A stretch of 64,000 nucleotides of DNA from Candidatus Megamonas gallistercoris (GTDB taxonomy: Bacteria > Bacillota > Negativicutes > Selenomonadales > Selenomonadaceae). The stretch lies in the NCBI GenBank assembly GCA_019114805.1, contig DXER01000081.1:12976-76975 (forward strand). The letters run 5' to 3'. Position 1 is the stretch's first letter; each line of letters begins with the position of its first letter. The notes beneath the pieces are model-generated. The model searched no databases and was not told the origin of the DNA. It saw nothing but the letters and a program-made list of their open reading frames with translations. A program made the translations under genes and the position numbers. Positions 19,647-29,772 of this stretch are shown piece after piece.

Positions 19647-20327
19647 ATGGCAAAAATATTTATCGTAGAAGATGAACGTCGTATTGCCCGTTTTTTGCAG
19701 ATGGAACTAGAGCATGAAGGTTTTCAGACAGCAAATGAAAGCAATGGTCTTCGTGCTTATGAAAGAATTATACAGGAAGATTATGATTTGGTTTTGCTGG
19801 ATATTATGCTGCCGGGTATGGATGGGCTTACTATTTGCAAAAATGTGCGTAAACTGTCCGATATACCGATTATTATGCTTACGGCCAAGGATGAAATTAA
19901 TGACAAGGTAACAGGTCTTGATATCGGTGCGGATGATTATATTACCAAGCCTTTTGCCATACAGGAATTACTGGCGCGAATTCGTGCGGCACTGCGCAAA
20001 CGTAATAATAATATAAAACAGGATGAGCCGTCCGTATTTACGTTTAAGAATATAACAGTATATTTAGAGCGGCATGAAGTAATGGTTGATGATACGGTTG
20101 TAGAACTTACGAAGAAGGAATACGATTTACTTTTGTATATGTTGCAAAATCATGACCATGTACTGTCGCGCGAGCAGATTTTGCAGTCTATTTGGGGCTA
20201 TGAATATATGGGAGATACGAATGTAGTGGACGTATATATCCGATATCTGCGCTCTAAAATAGATGATGAGTTCAATGAAAAATACATTCATACAGTAAGA
20301 GGAATTGGCTATGTTATCAAAACTTAA
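19647..20327 (+). CDS. OmpR/PhoB-family response regulator
   Basis: IVEDE, LLDIMLPG, GADDYITKPF, VDVYIRYLRSK, TVRGIGY. Confidence 0.96.
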   Translation: MAKIFIVEDERRIARFLQMELEHEGFQTANESNGLRAYERIIQEDYDLVLLDIMLPGMDGLTICKNVRKLSDIPIIMLTAKDEINDKVTGLDIGADDYITKPFAIQELLARIRAALRKRNNNIKQDEPSVFTFKNITVYLERHEVMVDDTVVELTKKEYDLLLYMLQNHDHVLSREQILQSIWGYEYMGDTNVVDVYIRYLRSKIDDEFNEKYIHTVRGIGYVIKT

Positions 20328-21777
20328 GCGGATTTTACCGAACTGCGTGCATCCAAGACTGAAATACATGCCTATTTCTTTGAAATTGGCGTTTATTTAC
20401 AGTATTATGCTGTCAATGATATTAGTGATAACACTCAGTGCCACGCTTATTGGTATTCACTACGTGCTGTATCGGGAAGCGGAAATTTCGATTACGCTGT
20501 CAGCCGATTATGCGGAGAAAAAAGCTAATGAAAAAGAGATGCAGAGTTTTATTCATGATGTGGAAAAATCATCGCTAATTCCCGGTGTTGTAATACGCAT
20601 AACGGACAGCGGAAACAATATAATTTACGACAGTGTACCGCGATATATTTCCATTGATAAGGTGCAGCATAGTCTGGAGCTTCAGCAGCAAAATCGGTGC
20701 ATAGGCGATTATATTCGCAACGTGCTTTTGCCGGATAATTTGAAGTTCATAGATTTTAAGCATTTTTGGATATTCTATACGCAAAGAACGGTCGAGAAAG
20801 ACGATAATGTATACACATTGCATTTTCTGCGCACGATAACGGCGGAAAAGGCATTTTTAACCGATTTGGGAGAAACTATTTTTTACGCAGGTCTTGCCGG
20901 TGTAATAATTTCCATAATCTGCGGCTTTCTGCTCAGTCGAAAATTATTGAAGCCGCTCAGCGATATTACCCGCAAGGTTAAGGAGATTGAAATTCAGGAT
21001 TTAAATCAGCGTATAAAAGTCCAGCCGACGCATGATGAACTGGAGGAACTTGCCAATACGTTTAATTTAATGCTGGAGCGGCTGCAGAAAGGATTTGAAC
21101 AGCAAAGACAGTTCGTATCGGATGCTTCACATGAGCTTAGAACACCGGCGACAGTAATCTGCGGTTATTCTGATATGCTGGCACGCTGGGGTAAGGATGA
21201 CCCGCAGACGGCGGATGAATGTATTACGGCAATTCATTCGGAAGCGATTAATATGCAGCGGTTGATTGAAAAACTGCTGTTTTTGGCACGTGCCGACCAA
21301 AAAAGGCAGGTACTGCATAAAGAGTCTATTGATATGAAAATGCTTATTGCCGATATAGCCAAAGATACTCAGCTTATTGCTCCTCAGCATACAGTGTCAT
21401 GCAGTCTGAATGAAGACGGTTATATTTTTGCCGACCCGCTGTGCATACGGCAGATGCTGCGTATTTTCCTGGACAACAGTATAAAATACACGCCGGACGG
21501 CGGAAGGATAGAAATATCTTCATCTAACGACGGCAAGCAGATGATTGTAAAAATTACCGATAATGGTATCGGTATTGATAAAGAAGAGCAAAAGAAAATT
21601 TTTGAACGCTTTTACCGTGTAGATACGGCGCGTACGAAAAACGGCGTAGGCGGCACGGGGCTCGGTCTTTCCATAGCGGAATGGATTGCCAAGGCACATG
21701 ATATTAAGATACAGCTGGAGAGTGAAATAGATAAGGGAACGACGATAATCCTCTATATACCGCTCGACCGCGGCTGA
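20305..21777 (+). CDS. Sensor histidine kinase (HAMP-HisKA-HATPase)
   Basis: SDASHELRTP H-box, DNSIKY, DNGIG, GTGLGL. Confidence 0.96.
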   Translation: MAMLSKLKRILPNCVHPRLKYMPISLKLAFIYSIMLSMILVITLSATLIGIHYVLYREAEISITLSADYAEKKANEKEMQSFIHDVEKSSLIPGVVIRITDSGNNIIYDSVPRYISIDKVQHSLELQQQNRCIGDYIRNVLLPDNLKFIDFKHFWIFYTQRTVEKDDNVYTLHFLRTITAEKAFLTDLGETIFYAGLAGVIISIICGFLLSRKLLKPLSDITRKVKEIEIQDLNQRIKVQPTHDELEELANTFNLMLERLQKGFEQQRQFVSDASHELRTPATVICGYSDMLARWGKDDPQTADECITAIHSEAINMQRLIEKLLFLARADQKRQVLHKESIDMKMLIADIAKDTQLIAPQHTVSCSLNEDGYIFADPLCIRQMLRIFLDNSIKYTPDGGRIEISSSNDGKQMIVKITDNGIGIDKEEQKKIFERFYRVDTARTKNGVGGTGLGLSIAEWIAKAHDIKIQLESEIDKGTTIILYIPLDRG

Positions 21778-22187
21778 AAATGATATATAATATAGCTCAT
21801 AAGGAAAATCAGGTATATTTTTAGAAAAATTTATGTACTAATTTTCTTTTATGAGCTATAATTTTTTTTATAATATTTTATTCATTGTGCTAACATACTG
21901 TGCTGGTTAATTTTTAGTTTATATTTGTTCGATGTATTCTTTAATCTTATTAAATATAAAGTATGCACTGCTGATATGGGCTTAATGTATACAGGTTATG
22001 TTAATAAATTTCATTTGAAAATCAGAAAGCGTGAGATAAATTTTAAAAAGCTCTCCCCGTACAGCAATAGCGAAATGTTGAAAGAATTTTTTCCGTTTTT
22101 CTTTTGCTGTTAAAAGGAAAATGAATAACAAATAGAGACTGTAGCTTTGTCAGCACAATAAGTAATAAATGAAAAGAAGGGATTTTT

Positions 22188-23420
22188 ATGTTGGATTTAC
22201 ATAAACTGCTGGTATGCCACCATTTGCTGGATGATAAAATAATACAGGATTTCAACAGTCTTGTCTGCGGAGCAAGCATGGATAAGGGAAAACTGGCGGC
22301 TGACTTTATCGAACAGGCGGAAAAACTAGGATTATCAGGCAATATTATAAAAATTTATATTCTGTATATGCTGGCACATAAAAATAATTGCGTATCGTAT
22401 GCGGTGGAAAGCTCCGGCGGGAAAATAGGTACAAGTTTGTATAAGGCATTTTGTCACGATATTGAAATACTGGAGAAACTGCTTGTTTTGAAACCGAGTA
22501 TTGTGCTGGGATGCGAATTTCTCGATGATTATGAACCGACGACGAAAAATAATTCGGCAGCGTTTAAAATGCTGGAGGAAAATCTGGCAAAGGCGACGGA
22601 TATAAATGGCAAGGCAGACGCTTTTATCGAATACTATCGTACTTACGGCAGCGGTGATATGGCGGATTATAGAGCATTTCGCTGGGACAGCGATGAAGAT
22701 GAACTGGTCGGAATTAAGCATTTTGAAGCAATGCGTCTTGATGAGCTTATCGGCTATGAATATCAAAAACAGCAGCTTAAGGATAATACTTTGGCATTTG
22801 TTGAAGGCCGGCCGGCAAATAATGTGCTTTTAGTCGGTGCGAGAGGCACAGGTAAATCTTCCGGCGTAAAAGCTGTAGTGAATTCATTTTTTGATAGAGG
22901 ACTGCGTCTTGTACAGCTCACGAAAGAACAGCTTACTGCACTGCCGATAATTATGGAAAGACTTCGAACCTACAGCAGCAAAAAATTTATTATATTTCTT
23001 GATGATTTGTCGTTTGAGGAATTTGAAGTGGAATATAAATATTTAAAATCGGCGATTGAAGGCGGAGCTTCGGCAAAGCCGGAAAATGTGCTGATTTATG
23101 CCACTTCCAACCGTCGTCATTTAATCAAGGAAAGTTATAAAAACCGTGGAGCCGATGATGACGATATGCACCGTAATGATACTTTAAATGAAACGATTTC
23201 CCTGTCGGACCGTTTCGGTTTGATAATTCATTATCTCAGTCCGAACCAGCAGGAATATCTGGATATCGTTGCTGGTCTTTTGAAACAGCATGATATAGTT
23301 CTGGACAAAGAAGAACTCAGAATAAAAGCGGGCGCATGGGCGCAGGAACATTCCGGGCGTTCCGGCAGAATTGCCCAGCAGTTTGTAACGTATTATCTGG
23401 GACAGATTTATAATAAATAG
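22188..23420 (+). CDS. DUF815 family AAA+ ATPase
   Basis: NNVLL.GARGTGKSS, FLDDLSFE, YATSNRRHL, SLSDRFG, SGR. Confidence 0.9.
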   Translation: MLDLHKLLVCHHLLDDKIIQDFNSLVCGASMDKGKLAADFIEQAEKLGLSGNIIKIYILYMLAHKNNCVSYAVESSGGKIGTSLYKAFCHDIEILEKLLVLKPSIVLGCEFLDDYEPTTKNNSAAFKMLEENLAKATDINGKADAFIEYYRTYGSGDMADYRAFRWDSDEDELVGIKHFEAMRLDELIGYEYQKQQLKDNTLAFVEGRPANNVLLVGARGTGKSSGVKAVVNSFFDRGLRLVQLTKEQLTALPIIMERLRTYSSKKFIIFLDDLSFEEFEVEYKYLKSAIEGGASAKPENVLIYATSNRRHLIKESYKNRGADDDDMHRNDTLNETISLSDRFGLIIHYLSPNQQEYLDIVAGLLKQHDIVLDKEELRIKAGAWAQEHSGRSGRIAQQFVTYYLGQIYNK

Positions 23421-23482
23421 ATTAAAAAAGGAAAGACTTATTGCCGATAAGGCAGTAAGTCTTTTTTGAAAAGAGGGGGATT

Positions 23483-24919
23483 ATGGAGAGAAATCTGGCT
23501 GATTTTATAATGTTGGATAAAAATGCTAAATCGCCGTTGTATGTACAGCTTTATGAAGTAATAGTGGATAAAATCAAGCATAAAATACTGTCGCCTGGGT
23601 ATAAATTGCCGCCGGTGCGTTTTTTGGCGCAGAAGCTGGCAATAAATCCGGGAACGGTGGTCAGTGCATATCGGGAACTGGAGAAAAACGGCTATGTTTT
23701 TACACGGCGAGGCAGCGGCAGCTATATAGCAGAGCGTATTGTGCCGGCAGAGAGCGAAATGCAGGAAGTACCGGATATCGCTGCTGAATTGGCAGATGAA
23801 GTGCAGACGGATATCAGGCTGGACGATGTTATCAATATGAGCAGTGTTTCGCTCAATCCTGATATAATTTCTCTGGATGTACTGCAAAAAGCGATAGACG
23901 ATATTTTAAAGCGGGATAAGGGATATGCCTTTACGTATCAGGACAGCAGGGGATATATGCCGCTGCGGCAGTCGATTGTACAGTATCTGGCGCAAAAGAG
24001 AATAATGACGACCGAGCAGAATGTGCAGATAATATCCGGTGCGCAGCAGGGAATTGATATTGTAGCGCGGGCACTTTTAAAACACGGCGATGTAGTATTC
24101 GTGGAAAATCCCACCTATCCCGGAGCGATAGCGGCGTTTCGCTCCTGCGGAGCGAAAATCGTTGACGTAAAACTGACAAAAGAAGGAATTGACCTTATTG
24201 ACCTAGAAAATAAATTAAAGTTGTTTAAACCGCGTCTTATGTATGTAATGCCGAATATCCAGAACCCGACGGGAATATCTTACAGTAAATATGTAAGCAG
24301 GCGGCTTATGGGACTGGCGCGTTATTATAATATGTATATACTGGAAGATGATTATATCGGCGGTCTGTACTACAGTAAAAATGCTCCCGTTCCGCTCAAA
24401 ACGTATGATACGGATGACAGAGTCATCTATATCCGTACCTTATCGAAAGTGTTTCTGCCCGGTCTGCGTCTTGCATACCTGATAGTTCCGTCAGCACTGG
24501 CCCAAAAACTTTTAAATGTGAAATACATTGCCGATATTGCAACATCCGGATTGACGCAGCGGATTTTCGACTATTACCTGAGAGAAGGGCTGTGGCAGAA
24601 ACATTTAAATTCTATTCGCAATATTTATAAAATACAATTTGATTTTGTCTTAAAAATGATGAAAAATTACCTGCCGAAAGATATTTCCTATATAAAACCG
24701 GCAGGGGGACTGTCCATCTGGCTCAATCTGCCGGATAGACTTTCGGCAGAGGATATTATTGAGAAAGCAAGAGATAAAGGGGTGATTATATCAAGCGGTG
24801 CGCCGTTTTTTGTTCATCAGGCACCCCATAGACAGATACGTATAAGTTTTGCAATGCTGTCTTTGGCGCAGATAAAGACGGGTATAAAAATTTTAGCTGA
24901 ATTGATGAAAAACAGGTAG
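23483..24919 (+). CDS. MocR-family regulator (GntR HTH + PLP aminotransferase domain)
   Basis: KLPPVR.LA..L.IN..TV; QNPTG, EDDY, SKVFLPGLR. Confidence 0.93.
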   Translation: MERNLADFIMLDKNAKSPLYVQLYEVIVDKIKHKILSPGYKLPPVRFLAQKLAINPGTVVSAYRELEKNGYVFTRRGSGSYIAERIVPAESEMQEVPDIAAELADEVQTDIRLDDVINMSSVSLNPDIISLDVLQKAIDDILKRDKGYAFTYQDSRGYMPLRQSIVQYLAQKRIMTTEQNVQIISGAQQGIDIVARALLKHGDVVFVENPTYPGAIAAFRSCGAKIVDVKLTKEGIDLIDLENKLKLFKPRLMYVMPNIQNPTGISYSKYVSRRLMGLARYYNMYILEDDYIGGLYYSKNAPVPLKTYDTDDRVIYIRTLSKVFLPGLRLAYLIVPSALAQKLLNVKYIADIATSGLTQRIFDYYLREGLWQKHLNSIRNIYKIQFDFVLKMMKNYLPKDISYIKPAGGLSIWLNLPDRLSAEDIIEKARDKGVIISSGAPFFVHQAPHRQIRISFAMLSLAQIKTGIKILAELMKNR

Positions 24920-24929
24920 GGGGATTATT

Positions 24930-25907
24930 ATGAAAATAGGAATTGCCGGTAACGGTAAAATTGTAGGAGAAATGATAGGCGCAGCAAAGGTTGTTGAAGG
25001 AATATCGATTGAAGCTATCTGTTCAAGACCGCAGAGCAGGGAAAAAGCGGAAAAGATAGCAAAAGAGCACAATATCGGCAAAGTGTACACGGATTATGAA
25101 AAAATGCTGGCGGACAGCGACATAGATTTTATTTACGTAGCCGTGGCAAATAATGTGCATTATCAGTATACGAAACAGGCGCTGGAAGCGGGCAAGAACG
25201 TCATCTGCGAAAAACCGTTTACAGTGGCTGCAAAGGAAACAGAAGAACTGGTACGGATTGCTAAGGAAAAAAATCTGTTTTTATTTGAAGCGATTACGCT
25301 TATTTATTCGCCGAATTTCCAATATATAAAAGATAATTTGAACGAAATCGGTGCGCTTCGCTATATTCATGCCAACTATGCGCAGTATTCCAGCCGTTAT
25401 GACAGATATTTAAATAAAGAAATAACACCGGCATTCAGTCCTGAGCACGCAGGAGGAGCACTGTACGATTTGAATATTTACAATCTGCACTTTATCGTCG
25501 GGCTGTTCGGCAAACCGAAAGACATTGTGTATCGTCCTAATATCGGTTTTAACGGTATAGATATTTCCGGTAGTGCACTTTTGGATTATGACGGATTTGT
25601 TGCCGTATGCAGTGCGGCGAAAGACTCCGAAAGCATCAGCGGAATTACTTTTCAGGGGGAAAAAGGTTATATGCGGCTTGTCGGCGCGCCGAATGAATGC
25701 GCTTTAATCACGGTGAATAAAAAAGGCTGGACGGAAAAAATCGTCAGCAAAGAACGTTACAACCACCGCATGATAGATGAATTTACTGCTTTTGAACAGA
25801 TGTTTAAGCAGAAAGATTATAAGACGTGTTATGAAAAACTGACTCATTCCGTAGAGGTAATGCAGGTATTGGAACAGGCACGTATCAGTGGAAAATTGGA
25901 ATTTTAA
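24930..25907 (+). CDS. Gfo/Idh/MocA family oxidoreductase
   Basis: GIAGNG, AGKNVICEKP, GGALYDLNIY. Confidence 0.93.
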   Translation: MKIGIAGNGKIVGEMIGAAKVVEGISIEAICSRPQSREKAEKIAKEHNIGKVYTDYEKMLADSDIDFIYVAVANNVHYQYTKQALEAGKNVICEKPFTVAAKETEELVRIAKEKNLFLFEAITLIYSPNFQYIKDNLNEIGALRYIHANYAQYSSRYDRYLNKEITPAFSPEHAGGALYDLNIYNLHFIVGLFGKPKDIVYRPNIGFNGIDISGSALLDYDGFVAVCSAAKDSESISGITFQGEKGYMRLVGAPNECALITVNKKGWTEKIVSKERYNHRMIDEFTAFEQMFKQKDYKTCYEKLTHSVEVMQVLEQARISGKLEF

Positions 25908-25961
25908 CTAAAAAAACTTCCGATAGTGATAAACTGTCGGAAGTTTTTTTACAGCAATAGA

Positions 25962-26687
25962 TTATTTATCATTATATTTTTCTTTTTTAGCAGTTGTTTT
26001 CGGTTCGCCTATTTCAGCCATTATGATGCCTTTAAGTGCCAGAAGATAACTGATGATTTCCCCGTTTTTCAACTGATTTTGTGCCGAAACAGTGATGACA
26101 AGTTCACTATGCGCGCTGTTTTCGTCGGATAAAACGCGGAAACTTTCCAAAAGTATCTGTTTTTCCGCCAGATATTGCGCTAAAAGGCGGGAATGTTCAG
26201 GCGTGTTTTTCATAATGATATGCACCGTATAATGGCGTGAATGATTGTTAAGCCGTATATCAAGGCGGATAAATACTGTCAATACGATGAAAATCAGTAC
26301 GGTAGCGGCAATGGCGACAGCCAGATAACCGGCACCGACAACAAGTCCGATGGCGGCAACCGCCCATAATCCCGCCGCCGTTGTCAGTCCGCGGATATTT
26401 CTGGCTTTTTGATTGGCAAGAATTGTTCCGGCACCTAAAAAACCTACGCCGGAGATGACCTGCGCTGCGATACGCTCAGGGTCGGCATTGTGGTAACCGT
26501 ACAGCAGAAAATGGTCCATAGCGATATTGATGGAAATAATCATGCACAGGCATGAACCGACGCAGACAAGCGTATGCGTCCGAAGTCCTGCCGCTTTGTT
26601 TTGTGCCTGCCGTTCATAACCGATAACGGCACCTAAAATCAAAGCGACGCATAAACGTATAATACTGTCCAATGTACTTATTACCAT
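25962..26687 (-). CDS. mgtC: MgtC/SapB family protein
   Basis: IGYERQ..KAAGLRTH, RIAAQVISGVGFLGAG, GLTTAA. Confidence 0.93.
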   Translation of the reverse strand: MVISTLDSIIRLCVALILGAVIGYERQAQNKAAGLRTHTLVCVGSCLCMIISINIAMDHFLLYGYHNADPERIAAQVISGVGFLGAGTILANQKARNIRGLTTAAGLWAVAAIGLVVGAGYLAVAIAATVLIFIVLTVFIRLDIRLNNHSRHYTVHIIMKNTPEHSRLLAQYLAEKQILLESFRVLSDENSAHSELVITVSAQNQLKNGEIISYLLALKGIIMAEIGEPKTTAKKEKYNDK

Positions 26688-26818
26688 GAATATCACCTTC
26701 TAGTAGTAGTTCTTATAATATTAATTATATTATAAGAAGAAAAAAACTTATAGGCAATATTATATGAGAGCCGATATACAGAAAATGAATTACATGCAGC
26801 CTAAAAGGAGTTTTAAAA

Positions 26819-27139
26819 ATGGATATAATTAATTTGACAGTACATGATATTACGATTATTAAAAACGAAAAGACAGAAATTATCCCGCCTTCAGGGGCGG
26901 TGGCGCGTTGTGAAACGCAGGAAGTTTTAATCGGTAAAGTGAATGGGGTGGATGTTTATAAAATAAATTACGGGAATGTAACCGGACTGCCGCCTGCCAA
27001 TAAAAATACGGTATATGTAACTTCGGCATTGGTGGCGCAGGCAGTGAAGCAAATAAGAAATGATGTTTTGATACCGAATGATTTTGTGCGCGATAAAAAA
27101 GGGATGATTATAGGGTGCAAAAGCCTGGCGCAATTATAA
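26819..27139 (+). CDS. Small conserved hypothetical protein (NLT.H family, possibly Crn4-like ring nuclease)
   Basis: RBS AAGGAG; INLTVH...PPSG.VAR...GLP...YVTS..VA...RND...P...VRD..G.IIGC. Confidence 0.55.
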   Translation: MDIINLTVHDITIIKNEKTEIIPPSGAVARCETQEVLIGKVNGVDVYKINYGNVTGLPPANKNTVYVTSALVAQAVKQIRNDVLIPNDFVRDKKGMIIGCKSLAQL

Positions 27140-27260
27140 ATTAAGTAGTTTTTGGTGTTTTATATAGAAATAAAGAAAAAAGATGCAGTATATCACTGCA
27201 TCTTTTTCTGTTTGATAAGATAATGTTGTATTTTAGTTAAGAAAGAAGTTGTTGATAAAG

Positions 27261-27827
27261 TTATTTTATATAGTCGCAAATAATATTTACAGCCTTATCA
27301 ATACCGCATTTGCCAGTGTTGATAATCATATCGTAGTCAACAGGGTCGCCCCAGTTCTGTCCGGTATAGTAGTTATAATAGGAAGCGCGCTTTGCATCTT
27401 CTTTTTTCAGTTCTTTTAAAGATTTATGATAAACTTCCTTGCCGCGCTGCTGGCGGTAAGCATCATCTGCTGCGATGAAGAAATGATAGGCTTTGTCGCA
27501 GTCTTTCAGAATGAAATTGGTGCAGCGGCCGATAAAAATACCGGAACCTTTTTGTGCCAAAGCGCGAATTGCTTTGGACTGAGGTGTGAAAAGATAATTG
27601 TCATCTTCCACGTTTAAATCGCCAAACATTGTTTCATACGGAGATACGCTGCCGTACAGATTTTCATATGTTAAATCGAGTTCGTCAAGGCTTACGCCTT
27701 TTTCCAGGTGAGCAGAAATAAAAGCGACGAGTTTTCTGTCATAAAGCGGAATTTGCAGTTCTTTTGCCAGTTTTTCGGCTACTTCGCGTCCGCCGGCGCC
27801 GTATTGGCGTCCAATGGTAATAATCAT
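27261..27827 (-). CDS. Cytidylate kinase-like family protein
   Basis: IITIGRQYGAGG, IFIGRC, D..RASYYNYYTG..WG...YD. Confidence 0.9.
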   Translation of the reverse strand: MIITIGRQYGAGGREVAEKLAKELQIPLYDRKLVAFISAHLEKGVSLDELDLTYENLYGSVSPYETMFGDLNVEDDNYLFTPQSKAIRALAQKGSGIFIGRCTNFILKDCDKAYHFFIAADDAYRQQRGKEVYHKSLKELKKEDAKRASYYNYYTGQNWGDPVDYDMIINTGKCGIDKAVNIICDYIK

Positions 27828-27896
27828 ATGGAATTATCCCTTCTTTTATGAATTTAAGAGAGTGCCTTCAAAAGGCACTCCCTGTTTTATATCAAA

Positions 27897-29384
27897 TTAA
27901 GCAAAAGGGTTTTCAGTAGGATACATCATTCCTTTTGGCTGATTGAAAGCAACATCTTCAACACCTAAGAATTTGAAAATGTCAAATAATGCTTTGCCGT
28001 AATGGCCGAATACTACTGCGCCGTGATGTGGATACTGTTTTTCGATGAGAACGTGACGATAGAAGCGTCCCATTTCAGGAATGGCGAATATACCGATACC
28101 GCCGAAAGAGCGTGTTGCTACAGGCAGAACTTCACCTTGAGCGATATAGGAGCGGAGCTGTCCTGCTGCATTGCTTTGCAGACGATAGAAAGTGATTTGA
28201 CCAGGAGCGATGTCGCCTTCCAAAGTACCGCGGGTGATGTCCGGAGTGCCGCCGTTTTCAAGGAGACGGTTCTGGATGAGCTGATATTTGATTGCGCCTT
28301 TGGCAAGTTTGCACATTGGAGTGTTGCCGCAGTGGAAGCCCATGAATGTATCTTTAAGAGTATACTGGCTGTATTTCGGAGCGATGTCTTCTTCAAACAA
28401 ATCTTTTGGTACGGAATTGTTGATATCAAGCAGAGTAACAGCGTCGCCGCTTACACAGGTGCCGATATATTCGCTGAGTGCGCCGTAGATGTCTACTTCG
28501 CAGGCTACAGGAATACCGCGGGAAACGAGACGGCTGTTTACATAGCACGGTTCAAAACCAAACTGGGACGGAAATGCCGGCCAGCATTTATTGGCAAATG
28601 CTACATATTTGCGAGCTCCTTTATGTTTTTCTGCCCAGTCGAGCAGTGTAAGTTCATACTGAGCCATACGTTTTAATAAATCAGGATAAGGATTTGCTGC
28701 GCCCATTTCCTGTGCCATATCTTTTACAATGTCATCAATGCGCGGGTCATCAGCGTGTTCTTTATAGGAAACGAGCAGGTCGAGTTCGGAGTTTTCTTCG
28801 ATTTCCACACCGATATCATAAAGCGGTTTAATCGGAGCATTGCAGGCAAAGAAATCCTGCGGACGAGGACCGAAAGTGATAATTTTAAGGTTGGCAATAC
28901 CGATTAAAGCACGGGCAACAGGCTGGAATTCATTAATCATATCAGCGATTTCATCAGCTGTACCTACCGGATATTCAGGAATGAATGCTTTGATTTTGCG
29001 CAGGCCAAGATTATAGGAGCAGTTGAGCATACCGCAGTAAGCATCGCCGCGTCCGTTAATCAAATCTTTACCCGTTTCTTCAGCAGCAGCTACATACATT
29101 ACAGGACCGTCGAATTTTTGAGCGATTAAAGTTTCCGGTGTTTCCGGACCGAAGTTGCCGAGGAAAACAACGAGTGCATTGCAGCCGGCGTTTTTTACTT
29201 CTTCTACAGCTTTGAGCATATCCGTTTCGTTTTCTACAGTTGTTTTTGCTTCATAGATAGAGCCGTATTTTGCGCTGTATGCGTCAACGATGGCTTTGCG
29301 GCGATTTTCGGAAAGGGAAATAATAAAACAGTCGCGGCTTACGGAAATAATACCGCATTTTACTTCTGGAATATTAGTGAACAT
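27897..29384 (-). CDS. L-fucose/L-arabinose isomerase family protein (probable clostridial-type xylose isomerase XylA-II)
   Basis: VSRDCF, LGNFGPE, RGDAYCG, CEVDIYG, FMGFHCGN, PHH; divergent from xylB. Confidence 0.85.
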   Translation of the reverse strand: MFTNIPEVKCGIISVSRDCFIISLSENRRKAIVDAYSAKYGSIYEAKTTVENETDMLKAVEEVKNAGCNALVVFLGNFGPETPETLIAQKFDGPVMYVAAAEETGKDLINGRGDAYCGMLNCSYNLGLRKIKAFIPEYPVGTADEIADMINEFQPVARALIGIANLKIITFGPRPQDFFACNAPIKPLYDIGVEIEENSELDLLVSYKEHADDPRIDDIVKDMAQEMGAANPYPDLLKRMAQYELTLLDWAEKHKGARKYVAFANKCWPAFPSQFGFEPCYVNSRLVSRGIPVACEVDIYGALSEYIGTCVSGDAVTLLDINNSVPKDLFEEDIAPKYSQYTLKDTFMGFHCGNTPMCKLAKGAIKYQLIQNRLLENGGTPDITRGTLEGDIAPGQITFYRLQSNAAGQLRSYIAQGEVLPVATRSFGGIGIFAIPEMGRFYRHVLIEKQYPHHGAVVFGHYGKALFDIFKFLGVEDVAFNQPKGMMYPTENPFA

Positions 29385-29434
29385 GATAAACTCTCCTTTT
29401 TTATATACATGATTAATTGTTTGCTTTTCATTTG

Positions 29435-29482
29435 TGTGCCTAAGCACAATTAAAGAATAACACCGGACAATGCTTTTGTCAA
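29435..29482 (-). promoter_or_regulatory. Isomerase promoter with operator TGTGCTTAGGCACA
   Basis: Minus TTGACA-17-TATTCT (29482-29454); palindrome at 29435-29448 just downstream. Confidence 0.7.
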
Positions 29483-29675
29483 TAAAAATTTTTCTTAAAA
29501 TTTATAATAATTTTCCAAACTGTTTTTTTTAAATTAGATGGAGTGAAAATCGATACAAGTTCAGTAGGTCCAATGATATAAATCATGGGAAACCTTGTAA
29601 AATAGGGATGCTTCATATTACATGAAAAGAAGTAAGCTTAATTTGAAAAAAACTGAAAAATATCAAAAATAAGTA

Positions 29676-29730
29676 TTGACGGATAAATTCAAAGATGATA
29701 TATTAAAAATAACAAATGTGCTTGAGCACA
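29676..29730 (+). promoter_or_regulatory. xylB promoter with operator TGTGCTTGAGCACA
   Basis: TTGACG-17-TATATT with extended TG; palindrome 29717-29730. Confidence 0.7.
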
Positions 29731-29772
29731 AAATTGTGAATGAGAGTGTGTTTTGGAAAGGCGGTTTTATAG

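Noticed and set aside
21790-21870. Long hairpin after the histidine kinase
   Set aside because: Followed by a T-tract; adequately explained as an intrinsic terminator; no similarity to the repeat family
28002-28676. 224-aa antisense ORF and the many other shadow ORFs on opposite strands
   Set aside because: Fully overlap well-supported genes; explained by codon bias
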